Source: Minisyncoccota bacterium (lineage in GTDB: Bacteria > Patescibacteriota > Minisyncoccia > JBAYJV01). Taken from it: a stretch of 64,000 nt of DNA. Position numbers and translations under genes: made by a program. Below, in pieces: positions 44,883 to 54,195 of this stretch (position 1 is its first letter; each line of letters begins with the position of its first letter). Where the stretch lies: NCBI GenBank assembly GCA_041664925.1, contig JBAYJV010000001.1:213438-277437 (forward strand), read 5' to 3'. The notes beneath the pieces were generated by a model. The model was not told the origin of the DNA. It saw only the letters and a list, made by a program, of their open reading frames with translations, and searched no databases.

Positions 44883-46180
44883 TGTTCAATACCCTTAAAA
44901 ACTATCACGGCATTTTGGGACTTAATGCTCGAAACTTAGACTATGTTATCAAAAAACATGGTCAACGTCTTGATGTTGCCAATAATAAATTGTTGACAAA
45001 AAAAATTCTTCAAGGCGCTGGTTTGCCGATGCCAGAAACATATTTTGTTATTCGCAATAAAAAAGATTTTAATAAATTTAATTGGGACCTACCTAAATCG
45101 TTCGTTATCAAACCAAGTCGCAGCTTAGGCGGCGAAGGCGTGTTGATTGTCTATGGCAAGAAAAAAAATATTCCTACATGGATTAAAGCAGGACAACGAT
45201 TAATAGACTTAGAAGAAATCAAACACCATATTTATAATATTCTTGAAGGTAATTTCAGCCCTAAGGAAAAAGAAGATAGGGCTATTTTTGAAGAACGCGT
45301 TAAGTTACATCCCGCTTTTAAACCGTATACATTTAAAGGAGGCATTCCTGACGTTAGAGTTATTGTCTATCAAAAGATTCCTATAATGGCTCAACTGAGA
45401 TTGCCCACAGAAGAATCAGAAGGACGAAGCAATTTACATCTTGGAGGTATTGGAGTAGGCATTGATCTAAAAACTGGCATTACTACAACCTCTATCCTCC
45501 ATGATCATTTTATAGATAAAATTCCGGGCACAAGACACATTTTGTCTGGCATTCAAATTCCTTATTGGAAAGATGTTTTGAGAATTGCCGCTCTTGCTCA
45601 AAAACATGCTGGCATCGACCTTCTTGGTATTGATATCGCCATAGATAGAGAAAAAGGTCCGATGATTTTTGAAATAAATTCAAGGCCAGGCATTGCCATT
45701 CAAATGGCAAATCAATCTCCGTTAAGAGAAAGATTGGAAAGAATTGAAGGACTTAAGATCAAGTCAGCCAATCGGGGAACAAAAATTGCTCAAGAACTTT
45801 TTGGCGGAGAAGTTGAGGAAGAACTTGAAGAGATTAGTGGACGAAAAGTTATTGGTTTGTTTGAATTTATCGATATTATTGGTCCAAATAATAAAAAACT
45901 CAGACTGACTGCCAAGATTGATACTGGCGCCTATCGAACTTCTGTCGACAAAGATGTAATAGATAAACTTGGCTTGAAGGAAAGTAAAAAAAAGATTAAA
46001 TTTGTTTCATCTCTCGGAGGAGAGGAAAGATCCCTTGTTGATTTGGCTTTTTCTCTTGCGGGGCAAAGCATAGAAACAGAAGCTTCAATTGCTAATCGAT
46101 CAAATTTAAAATATAGCATAATTATTGGCAGACGCGATTTAAATCTTTTTCTGATTGACCCATTAAAGAAGATTAGTTAA
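44882..46180 (+). CDS. alpha-L-glutamate-ligase-like (RimK-related) ATP-grasp fused to C-terminal retropepsin-like DTGA aspartic protease
   Basis: FVIKPSRSLGGEGV ATP-grasp loop; C-terminal AKIDTGAYRTSV and IIIGRRDL. Confidence 0.65.
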   Translation: MFNTLKNYHGILGLNARNLDYVIKKHGQRLDVANNKLLTKKILQGAGLPMPETYFVIRNKKDFNKFNWDLPKSFVIKPSRSLGGEGVLIVYGKKKNIPTWIKAGQRLIDLEEIKHHIYNILEGNFSPKEKEDRAIFEERVKLHPAFKPYTFKGGIPDVRVIVYQKIPIMAQLRLPTEESEGRSNLHLGGIGVGIDLKTGITTTSILHDHFIDKIPGTRHILSGIQIPYWKDVLRIAALAQKHAGIDLLGIDIAIDREKGPMIFEINSRPGIAIQMANQSPLRERLERIEGLKIKSANRGTKIAQELFGGEVEEELEEISGRKVIGLFEFIDIIGPNNKKLRLTAKIDTGAYRTSVDKDVIDKLGLKESKKKIKFVSSLGGEERSLVDLAFSLAGQSIETEASIANRSNLKYSIIIGRRDLNLFLIDPLKKIS

Positions 46181-46195
46181 TAAATTATTCATAAC

Positions 46196-48826
46196 ATGGC
46201 AAAAAGAAAATACTACCGCCATCAGGACGGAGTCGGTAGTATTCCTATAAATAAAAAAAGAAAATATCATGCTTGGCGCAAAAGAAGTTTTAGTGCTTAC
46301 CTGCGTCTATTTTTTAAATTAAGTCTTATTGGGATTGCTTCGTTGTTTTTTGTTATTCTTCTGGCTTTCATCTATTACACCAAAGATCTTCCTAATCCTC
46401 AGGAAGTCCTCAATAAGCCATTTGATCAATCTACAAAAATTTATGCTCGTGATGAAAAAACTCTCCTTTATGAAGTCTTTAATGGTGGAAAAAGAACTGT
46501 TGTTGGCATTGAAAACATTTCTCCTTACGTCATAAATGCGACCATAGCCATAGAAGACAATAATTTTTATAAGCATCCCGGTATTGATTTCAGGGGAATT
46601 TTGAGATCTGCCTGGATTGCGGTAAAAACCGGTGGACAATATGTTCAGGGAGCATCAACGATTACTCAGCAATTTGTTAGAAATTCTCTCTTAACTCTTG
46701 ATCGGACTATCAGTAGAAAATTAAAAGAAATTATTTTGTCATTGGAACTAGAAAGAAGATACACAAAAAATGACATTTTGGCTTTCTATTTAAATCAAAT
46801 ACCCTACGGATCAAATACCTACGGTGTTGAATCAGCCAGTCGGGCCTTTTTTGGAAAATCAGTTAAAGATGTCACTTTGGGAGAAGCCGCAATTCTAGCT
46901 GCCATACCCAAAGCCCCATCAAAATATTCTCCTTATGGTACTAACCCCGAACTTCTTTTGGGTCGCCAGAAATTAGTCTTAAAAAGAATGAAAGATCTTG
47001 GATATATTACAGAAAAGGAAATGACTGATGCTTTGGCAGAAAAGATTGAATTCCAGAAACAAAAAACTGGATTTAAGGCTCCTCATTTTGTCATGTATAT
47101 CAAAGAACAATTAGAGGCAAAATATGGTAAAGATGTTATCGAAACGGGAGGGCTTCATGTTTATACAACTCTTGATTGGGATTTACAGCAAAAAGCTGAA
47201 GAAATTGTCTCAAAAAATGGTGTTCAAAATGAAAAAGAGTTTGGCGCAAAAAATGCTGCTTTAGTTGCTATCGATCCTAGGACTGGTGAAATTTTATCTA
47301 TGGTTGGTTCCAGAGATTATTTCGACACAGAAAATGATGGCAATGTAAATGTTGCCCTTAGACCTCGCCAGCCCGGATCTGCCTTTAAGCCTTTTGCTTA
47401 TTCAACTGCTTTCGCAAAAGGATATACGCCAGACACAATTCTTTATGATGTTAAAACTGAGTTCAATCCTTATTGCCTCTCTAGCGCTGTTCAAGCCAAG
47501 GATCAGTTCGGCTTAGACTGCTATCATCCTAATAATTATGACAATAACGAGCGTGGTCCTCTCACGATGCGCTCAGCCTTAGCTCAATCACTTAATATTC
47601 CTTCCGTTAAAACTCTTTACCTGGCAGGAATAGACGACACGATTGCGCTGGCAAAAAAAATGGGCATTTCTACCCTTGAAGATCGATCACGCTTTGGATT
47701 AGCTTTAGTTCTTGGCGGAGGCGAAGTTAAGCTTCTAGAATTAACCTCAGCTTACGGGATTTTTGCTACCGAAGGATTAAAAAATAATTATTACAGCATT
47801 GTTCGCGTTGAGGATGGTAAAGGAAATATCCTTGAAGAATATAAGCCCGAACAGCCAGAAAGAGTTTTGGATCAAAATGTTTCTCGATTGATCACTGATG
47901 TTTTATCAGATAATAATGCTCGCGCGCCGATATTTGGCACTGCCAGCTCCTTGTATTTTGGAGATACTCCTGTAGCGGCAAAAACTGGAACAACTCAAGA
48001 TTATCGAGATGGTTGGACAATTGGTTATACGCCAAATTTCGTCGCTGGTGTTTGGACCGGCAATAATGATAATTCATCTATGGGTAAAACTGCTGGCATC
48101 AGAACTGCCGGACTGATTTGGCATGAATTTATGCTCGAAGCTCTAAAAAATAGAGAAAAAACAAGCTTTAATCCGCCAACTATTGCTGTTCCAGATAAGC
48201 CGGTATTAAGAGGAGTGGTCGGCGGAGAGACTGTTAAGATAGATACTGTTTCTGGCAAGCGAGCTACTGACTTAACACCGCCGGAATTAATAGAAGAAAA
48301 AACTTTTTTGAAGGCCCATTGCATTCTTTACTATGTAAACAAAGATGATCCTCAGGGTCCTGCGCCAACAAATCCAGCTGATGATCCTCAGTTTAATAAC
48401 TGGGAACAAGCTGTTAGGTCGTGGGCGCAAGATCCAGCAAGAGGCAATCTTGTCGAAGAAATCCCTCCTCAAGAATTTGACAATATTCATACGCTAGAAA
48501 ATAAACCGATTCTTGAGATATTATCGCCCGGCAACGGCGATACGCTCAGAAGCGATACTGTTAGAATTTCCGCTGATGTCAGGGCTAATTATCCAATTAA
48601 AGAAGTAGATTTTTTCTTTGACGATATTTTCCTGGGATCAAAAGTTTCCTCTCCTTATGATTGGAGTTTTAAACCATCAGGAGATCAATTGTTGGGTCGT
48701 CACAAAATCACGGTTAAGGCCTATGACATCTATCTAAACTCATCCGCAAAGAGTATTAATATTACAACTGATATTGGAAATATTTCTGATAGCAGCGAAG
48801 CAACAGGTACCATTATAATTCCGTAA
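46196..48826 (+). CDS. class A penicillin-binding protein (second copy) with ~250-aa C-terminal extension
   Basis: AIEDNNFYKHPGID GT51 motif; RQPGSAFKP SxxK motif. Confidence 0.8.
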   Translation: MAKRKYYRHQDGVGSIPINKKRKYHAWRKRSFSAYLRLFFKLSLIGIASLFFVILLAFIYYTKDLPNPQEVLNKPFDQSTKIYARDEKTLLYEVFNGGKRTVVGIENISPYVINATIAIEDNNFYKHPGIDFRGILRSAWIAVKTGGQYVQGASTITQQFVRNSLLTLDRTISRKLKEIILSLELERRYTKNDILAFYLNQIPYGSNTYGVESASRAFFGKSVKDVTLGEAAILAAIPKAPSKYSPYGTNPELLLGRQKLVLKRMKDLGYITEKEMTDALAEKIEFQKQKTGFKAPHFVMYIKEQLEAKYGKDVIETGGLHVYTTLDWDLQQKAEEIVSKNGVQNEKEFGAKNAALVAIDPRTGEILSMVGSRDYFDTENDGNVNVALRPRQPGSAFKPFAYSTAFAKGYTPDTILYDVKTEFNPYCLSSAVQAKDQFGLDCYHPNNYDNNERGPLTMRSALAQSLNIPSVKTLYLAGIDDTIALAKKMGISTLEDRSRFGLALVLGGGEVKLLELTSAYGIFATEGLKNNYYSIVRVEDGKGNILEEYKPEQPERVLDQNVSRLITDVLSDNNARAPIFGTASSLYFGDTPVAAKTGTTQDYRDGWTIGYTPNFVAGVWTGNNDNSSMGKTAGIRTAGLIWHEFMLEALKNREKTSFNPPTIAVPDKPVLRGVVGGETVKIDTVSGKRATDLTPPELIEEKTFLKAHCILYYVNKDDPQGPAPTNPADDPQFNNWEQAVRSWAQDPARGNLVEEIPPQEFDNIHTLENKPILEILSPGNGDTLRSDTVRISADVRANYPIKEVDFFFDDIFLGSKVSSPYDWSFKPSGDQLLGRHKITVKAYDIYLNSSAKSINITTDIGNISDSSEATGTIIIP

Positions 48827-48867
48827 AAAAAGAGGCTTGTGTGACGTTGTATATTGATTTGTTAGAC

Positions 48868-48905
48868 ACTGATTTGTTAGACACCGAGTGTCTAACAAGT
48901 TTTTT
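48868..48905 (+). terminator. terminator TTGTTAGACACcgaGTGTCTAACAA + T run (preceded by direct repeat TTGTTAGACAC)
   Basis: direct reading. Confidence 0.7.
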
Positions 48906-48943
48906 TATATTAGCAAAAAAGTGCCATATGTGTGTGCACATTA

Positions 48944-48972
48944 CCATAAACTATTGACTTTTGATATATAAT
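48944..48972 (+). promoter_or_regulatory. tRNA-operon promoter TTGACT-17-TACAAT
   Basis: direct reading; leader contains a long hairpin (GTTGAAACatcgaaGGGCAAGCAA / TTGCTTGCTCaccgaaGTTTCAAC) at 49000-49075. Confidence 0.55.
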
Positions 48973-49081
48973 ATGCTACAATGAGTAGTATTGAGTATCG
49001 GTCCTTTGTTGAAACATCGAAGGGCAAGCAATTGCAAAAATATTATAAAAACAACTTGCTTGCTCACCGAAGTTTCAACAT

Positions 49082-49157
49082 GCTCCGGTAGCTCAGTGGA
49101 CAGAGCGACGGCCTTCTAAGCCGTGGGTCGGGGGTTCAAATCCTCTCCGGAGTACCA
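49082..49157 (+). tRNA. tRNA-Arg (anticodon TCT), CCA encoded
   Basis: hand-folded cloverleaf; anticodon loop CUUCUAA. Confidence 0.85.
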
Positions 49158-49161
49158 GAAA

Positions 49162-49238
49162 GGGTCCGTAGCTCAGTTGGATAGAGCAGCCGGCTCATAA
49201 CCGGTAGGTCTCGGGTTCAAGTCCCGGCGGACCCACCA
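49162..49238 (+). tRNA. tRNA-Met (anticodon CAT; elongator-type or Ile2 precursor), CCA encoded
   Basis: anticodon loop CUCAUAA; 1-72 paired; no 3xGC in anticodon stem. Confidence 0.8.
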
Positions 49239-49246
49239 GAGCAGCA

Positions 49247-49321
49247 GGGCGCATAACTCAGCGGAAGAGTAGCGGACTTTTAATCCGTTAGCCGCGGGTT
49301 CGATCCCCGCTGCGCCCACCA
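49247..49321 (+). tRNA. tRNA-Lys (anticodon TTT), CCA encoded
   Basis: anticodon loop CUUUUAA; acceptor GGGCGCA/UGCGCCC. Confidence 0.85.
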
Positions 49322-49362
49322 GCCCCGCACTAAACAGAGTTAGTGCGGGGATCTTTTTTTTA
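49322..49362 (+). terminator. terminator CCCCGCACTAAacagagTTAGTGCGGGG + T8
   Basis: direct reading. Confidence 0.8.
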
Positions 49363-49369
49363 TAGACTA

Positions 49370-49397
49370 TTGACAACATTTTTGTTTATCCTATAAT
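49370..49397 (+). promoter_or_regulatory. promoter TTGACA-16-TATAAT driving the ncRNA
   Basis: consensus hexamers. Confidence 0.65.
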
Positions 49398-49404
49398 TGT
49401 TTTT

Positions 49405-49640
49405 ACTGGGGGCGGGCGTCGCAGATGGTTCGGTTGTTGGTGTAACTTGTGGTTACAGACGCATAGTTGCAGACGCAGACTCGGATCTTGTGAGAGTAGG
49501 TAAGTAGCTTTCAAGTCTCCATCAATAGACGGCGTTCTCGGGCTGCGCGCCTCCCCCTTCTTCATTCTAAAAGTTCTTTGAATCAAATTTCGTTCATAAG
49601 CGATACTCCCGAGAGAAGCATAGGCTTCTCTCTTTTTTTG
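49405..49640 (+). ncRNA. candidate structured small RNA (~150-nt core 49408-49557 closed by 5' GGGGGCGGGCGTCGCAG / 3' CTGCGCGCCTCCCCC; possibly 6S-like)
   Basis: own consensus promoter; long closing helix; no ORF; terminator 49607-49640. Confidence 0.45.
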
Positions 49641-49709
49641 TTGCTTTTCGGGGAAATAGTTGACAAATAAATATATAGTTGTAGAATGACAATATCTAAG
49701 GAGGTTTCT

Positions 49710-50036
49710 ATGGCAAACATGTCATTAGTAGGACATGAGAATGTTAGGGTTGAAGTTGTTGGCATTAACAATCGAAAAGGTGAAATCAATATCGTTATTT
49801 CTTATACATTAAAACAATTGCTGAGCAGCGAAACAGAATCACTGGTTATTCCATCAGAAAAACAAGCTCTTATAAAAACATTAATGGGTTTGACTTCAAT
49901 AGAACTTGATTCTCTCCGTGTTGCATTAATATCGTTACGAGGCGTTATGCACGATAACGATAAAAATCTTAGTTTTTCAATTCTTCGAACTATTGAATTT
50001 GTTCGTAACTGGAATCCGGAAAAAGAAAATGACTAA
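49710..50036 (+). CDS. hypothetical 109-aa protein (start MANMSLVG after AAGGAGG)
   Basis: promoter TTGACA-16-TAGAAT at 49660-49687; flanked by ~50-nt direct repeats. Confidence 0.5.
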   Translation: MANMSLVGHENVRVEVVGINNRKGEINIVISYTLKQLLSSETESLVIPSEKQALIKTLMGLTSIELDSLRVALISLRGVMHDNDKNLSFSILRTIEFVRNWNPEKEND

Positions 50037-50046
50037 TAGATCAGTT

Positions 50047-50098
50047 CTCCCGAGAGAAGCATAGGCTTCTCTCTTTTTTGTTGATTTTTGGAGAAAAT
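50047..50098 (+). terminator. terminator CTCCCGAGAGAAGCATAGGCTTCTCTCTTTTTT; direct-repeat copy of 49606-49658
   Basis: ~50 nt near-identical. Confidence 0.75.
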
Positions 50099-50118
50099 GA
50101 AGTGATAATTATTTAATT

Positions 50119-51363
50119 ATGAAATACGATTTAATTGTCATTGGCGGAGGACCAGCCGGCATGATGGTAGCTGGAAGAGCGGCAGAAAATGGCGCTCGTG
50201 TTTTGTTGATTGAAAAAAACGATATTCTTGGAAAAAAACTTCTATTAACCGGCAAAGGAAGATGCAATATCACTCATGCCGAATTTAATGTTGAAAATTT
50301 TTGCCGTTATTTTGGAAAAAGTAGCTACTTTTTGAAACCCGCCCTATATCAATTTGGCCCCAAAGAAATCATTGATTTTTTTGAAAAAAGAAATGTTGGT
50401 ATAAAAATCGAACGAGGAAAGCGCGCTTTTCCAAAAAGTGATAAATCTCAAGATGTTTTAAGGGCGCTTATTGATTATTTGAAAAACACGAATGTTGAAA
50501 TAAAAACTGGATCAACCGTAAAATCAGTAATTACAGAAAACAAAGAAATAAAAAAAATAATCTTATCAGATGGCAAGATCTTTGAAGCAAATAATTACGC
50601 AGTCTGCAGTGGCGGACAATCTTACCCATTAACAGGATCAATAGGCGACGGTTACCTGTGGCTCGAAAAAATGGAACACAGTATTGTACCTCCAAGACCC
50701 GCCTTAGTGCCAATTATTGTCAAAGAAAGATTTGTAAAAGATATTGAAGGGTTGAGCCTAAAAAATGTTTCTATTGCTATTTTTCAAAACAATAAAAAAA
50801 TAGACTCACGTTTTGGCGAAGCTTTATTCACAGATAATGGTATGAGCGGACCAATTATTTTAGATATGAGCAAGAAAATTGGCGAGCTTTTAAAGACAGG
50901 TAGCGTTGACCTTGAAATAGATTTTAAGCCTGCGCTAAGTTTTGAAATTTTAGATGAACGGCTTTTGCGAGATTTTAAAGAATTTTCTGGAAAGATGTTT
51001 AAAAATTATCTTGATGAGCTTCTGCCAAAAAAAATTATTCCTTTAATATTAAAACTTTCCGGTATTGACCCAGAGAAAAAGATTAATTCTATATCAAAAG
51101 ATGAGCGAAAAAAAATAATCCATCTGCTCAAAAATTTCAAGCTTACTATTGATAGAACTGACGGATTTGAGAATGCTATTATAACGGCTGGCGGAGTGAG
51201 TTTAAAAGAAGTTGATCCAAAAACCATGAAATCAAAAATTATAAAAAACCTCTATTTAGCAGGAGAAATATTGGACATAGATGGTCCAACCGGAGGTTTT
51301 AACTTGCAAGTTTGTTGGTCAACTGGTTTTGCGATTGGAGAAAATTTTAAAAAAATTAAATAG
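50119..51363 (+). CDS. HI0933/BaiN-family FAD-dependent oxidoreductase
   Basis: DLIVIGGGPAG dinucleotide fold; family-typical length. Confidence 0.7.
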   Translation: MKYDLIVIGGGPAGMMVAGRAAENGARVLLIEKNDILGKKLLLTGKGRCNITHAEFNVENFCRYFGKSSYFLKPALYQFGPKEIIDFFEKRNVGIKIERGKRAFPKSDKSQDVLRALIDYLKNTNVEIKTGSTVKSVITENKEIKKIILSDGKIFEANNYAVCSGGQSYPLTGSIGDGYLWLEKMEHSIVPPRPALVPIIVKERFVKDIEGLSLKNVSIAIFQNNKKIDSRFGEALFTDNGMSGPIILDMSKKIGELLKTGSVDLEIDFKPALSFEILDERLLRDFKEFSGKMFKNYLDELLPKKIIPLILKLSGIDPEKKINSISKDERKKIIHLLKNFKLTIDRTDGFENAIITAGGVSLKEVDPKTMKSKIIKNLYLAGEILDIDGPTGGFNLQVCWSTGFAIGENFKKIK

Positions 51364-51369
51364 AAAAAT

Positions 51370-52167
51370 ATGAAAATTGGGCTCAAGATAAAATACACAA
51401 GAAATGCTTCTTCGATTTTTCCATATCTAGATAAATTGCGTGGAAAAATTGATTATCTTGAATTAGGAACACGTCCAGAAGAAGATTTTCATCAATTCGA
51501 AATTTTAAAAAACCAGGGATTTTCTTTTACAGTCCATGCCCCTATGCAAGAAAATAATGTTAATATTGCAGAGCCAAAGAAAGATGTTTCTAGTCACCAT
51601 GGCATTGATATCGCTAGGCAAGCCGCTGACCTTTTCGATGCACCTGTTATAGTTATTCATCCTGGAGATGTTGAAACTGAAAATTCTTCTATCGAACATA
51701 TGGTAACATTGCTTAATGAGTATCGTGATTCAAGATTCTATATCGAGAATTTATATGACCAAGCAAGATCTCTCCCATTTATAAGAATTGCTTACGATAT
51801 CAATAATCTAAAGCGCACAAAAAATGAAGCAAAAACAGGATTTTGTTTAGATTTTGGACATGCTTTAGTTCAGGCTTCGCGAGAAAAAAGAGAATATTAC
51901 AGTTACATAGAAGAGATGGCAAGAGAACTTCACCCGACCTATTTTCATCTTCACAATGGCGATGGGCTGGAAGATAAACATTGGCCTATTTCTTACCGAA
52001 AAGGGTTTATTGACTACAAAAAAATTACCCATCTTTGGCCAGAAAACGCTATGCTTACCCTAGAAATCGCTGTCTTTGATGAGAATAATGCCTTTAATAT
52101 TAAGAGTGTTTTAGGGGATGTGGATTACTTGAGAAATTTGCTTATTGACACAGGGAAAATAAAATAG
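51370..52167 (+). CDS. xylose-isomerase-like TIM-barrel protein (sugar-phosphate isomerase/epimerase or AP-endonuclease-2 fold)
   Basis: weak motif resemblance only. Confidence 0.4.
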   Translation: MKIGLKIKYTRNASSIFPYLDKLRGKIDYLELGTRPEEDFHQFEILKNQGFSFTVHAPMQENNVNIAEPKKDVSSHHGIDIARQAADLFDAPVIVIHPGDVETENSSIEHMVTLLNEYRDSRFYIENLYDQARSLPFIRIAYDINNLKRTKNEAKTGFCLDFGHALVQASREKREYYSYIEEMARELHPTYFHLHNGDGLEDKHWPISYRKGFIDYKKITHLWPENAMLTLEIAVFDENNAFNIKSVLGDVDYLRNLLIDTGKIK

Positions 52168-52288
52168 AAAATATTAATTAGAAAAGGTGATTGCGTCGAT
52201 CCATTTTTTACGGACCGAAACCGATCACCTTTTTGTTTTAAAATAAAAGCGCAAGAAGTCTTTTCCTGCGCCATCTGTTGTGAATACA

Positions 52289-52681
52289 TTAATCTATGAG
52301 AAGCCTATTGCTTGCTTTTAGAGCAGGCACCCTACAAAGCATAGCAATTTCCTCTGGAGTCTTATAACACAAAGTTAAAAGAACTAAAAAGAAAAGCAAG
52401 GAATTGGGAACAAATACTCCTTGAAGAGGATATTCAATCAAATGAGCATCTTCTTCGTGAAGATCTTTCTCGTTAACCCATGTCCATTTCTTTGTACCAC
52501 CATGAAATAGCGACCACCCAAGACCAAGCGGTCCCCTAAGAAGTCCTCCTTGAATCCCTCTTCCTTCAGGACATTCAAAGATTAAGAGAAAAAGAGGATT
52601 CACTCTTTCTTGGTCTGATTTTAGATATACCTTGACACATCTTGCGGGTTTTAGATCTATTCTCTCAGCCTCGTCTGTCAT
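52289..52681 (-). CDS. hypothetical 130-aa protein with C-terminal TM
   Basis: second gene of a leader-driven two-gene unit. Confidence 0.45.
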   Translation of the reverse strand: MTDEAERIDLKPARCVKVYLKSDQERVNPLFLLIFECPEGRGIQGGLLRGPLGLGWSLFHGGTKKWTWVNEKDLHEEDAHLIEYPLQGVFVPNSLLFFLVLLTLCYKTPEEIAMLCRVPALKASNRLLID

Positions 52682-52701
52682 TCAACCTCCTTTTAATAAT
52701 T

Positions 52702-52989
52702 CTAAAGATTAATCTCTGTCTTGCGACGCATCATCGTCCAGGAAATACTACACACAACATTGCCAATAAGTAGCAGAAAGACGAGATAGCCCGCCTTAGC
52801 ACCACAAACAAGTTTTTTTCGACAAATTATGATTGTCGCCACAGAAATAATACCCACCGAAAGAAGCGTTAGTGTGAGGGTTGTGTTTGATACGCTAAAA
52901 AATGATCCAATTAAAGTCGTTATACTGACATAAGTCAAAAGACAGCCCAAAACCACCCACCAATCGTATGACCTAATCCACTTTTTCAT
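52702..52989 (-). CDS. hypothetical 95-aa membrane protein
   Basis: CTCTAACGGAGGGAAAG-ATG. Confidence 0.5.
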   Translation of the reverse strand: MKKWIRSYDWWVVLGCLLTYVSITTLIGSFFSVSNTTLTLTLLSVGIISVATIIICRKKLVCGAKAGYLVFLLLIGNVVCSISWTMMRRKTEINL

Positions 52990-53146
52990 CTTTCCCTCCG
53001 TTAGAGATTCTTAACGAACTTGTGAGTTTAGAAACTCTTACGTCCCGGCTTGCCCTGCCTACCGGCAGGCAGGCGGGACAACCTTAGTTATTTTTAAAGA
53101 ACTTGCCAGTTTTAAAATCTTATCATTTTACTATTTTATAGTCAAG
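52990..53146 (-). promoter_or_regulatory. promoter TTGACT-17-TAAGAT with full leader module (AAGTTCTTT, GTCCCGCCTGCCTGCCGGTAGGCAGGGCAAGCCGGGAC hairpin, GTAAGAGTTTCTAAACTCAC, GTTAAGAATCTCTAACGGAGG)
   Basis: direct reading. Confidence 0.6.
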
Positions 53147-53193
53147 GATTATATATAAAAACAGGGAGACGAACTACTCGTCTCCCTTTTTCT

Positions 53194-54195
53194 CTAGTAA
53201 AGATACTTTGGATCGATTTCTTGTCCTAAATGGATTGCTCGGACAACATCTGCTAGCATTTGCGCAATTGAAATGATTTTCGTATTTGGTAATCGTTTTG
53301 TTGCGGGAATTGGCAAGCTATTGGTAAAAATAAATTCAACGCTAATTCCTCTTGATCTTGCTAATCCTACGATATGGAAAAGTTTTTTATTAGCAAGTCC
53401 GCAAAGAACACCATGGGCAGAAATATAGATAAATCTTTTAAGGATTGGGTAATTTTCAATAAGATCAATTGCGATGTCTTCAAAAGTTCCACCTTCACTG
53501 ATCTCATCGTCAATACCAATGACGATTTCTTTAACTTCTCCATCAATTCCAAGAAATTTTGATTTACCATCACCCGATCTGCTTTTTTTGCCATGAATTA
53601 CTGGCAACCTCATTTCTTTGGCGAAAGTTGCTAACCGCTCTTCCCGTCCTCCGTCTGGAGTTAAAAGAGTAACATTGTCAGCCCCAATCAATCCTTCTAA
53701 CTCCTCAACGATCCGATATTTTGCCCCCAAGTGAATTACTGGTACGCCAAAATATTCTTTGACATCAAGATTATGAAGCATAATAATAACAACTTGGTCA
53801 GCGCCAGCAAGTTTTATCTCTTCGGCATAAAGCTTGGCTCCAATGGGAACACCTTTTGGTTTTTCCCGATGCGATCTGCCGTAAGAGAAATAGCCAATAA
53901 CTGCAATAACCTTTCTGGCTCCATTTTCTTTAGCAGCACGCATCAATTTCTTAAACTCAGCAAACTCTTCCTCAATCCCTCTAGTCGGTGCAAAAGTATG
54001 AAACACGAAGACAGTGCAACCATCTACATTAGAACCTTCTTCTTCTATGAGTAACTGAGGTAGCGTGTTTTCGTTTGGAAACTTAAGTATCTGATGGCGA
54101 GCGTGATCAATGCCAAGAATTTTAGCAACTTCTTCCATTAAATCTGGATGAGCACTGGTGCTTAACAGCCGAACTTTTTCTAATCCCGTTGCCAT
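53194..54195 (-). CDS. ribose-phosphate pyrophosphokinase (PRPP synthetase)-family protein, divergent
   Basis: MLHNLDVKEYFGVPV, PDGGREERLATFA and IVIGIDDEISEGGTF correspond to Prs flag/PRPP-binding motifs. Confidence 0.55.
   Translation of the reverse strand: MATGLEKVRLLSTSAHPDLMEEVAKILGIDHARHQILKFPNENTLPQLLIEEEGSNVDGCTVFVFHTFAPTRGIEEEFAEFKKLMRAAKENGARKVIAVIGYFSYGRSHREKPKGVPIGAKLYAEEIKLAGADQVVIIMLHNLDVKEYFGVPVIHLGAKYRIVEELEGLIGADNVTLLTPDGGREERLATFAKEMRLPVIHGKKSRSGDGKSKFLGIDGEVKEIVIGIDDEISEGGTFEDIAIDLIENYPILKRFIYISAHGVLCGLANKKLFHIVGLARSRGISVEFIFTNSLPIPATKRLPNTKIISIAQMLADVVRAIHLGQEIDPKYLY

Noticed and set aside
49405-49560. tmRNA, SRP RNA or RNase P RNA identity for the structured RNA
   Set aside because: It is too short for tmRNA and has no GGUUCGAnUCC T-arm. 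It lacks the SRP domain IV GGAA/AGCAG motif and the RNase P P4 sequences. It is kept only as a generic 6S-like or unknown sRNA candidate.
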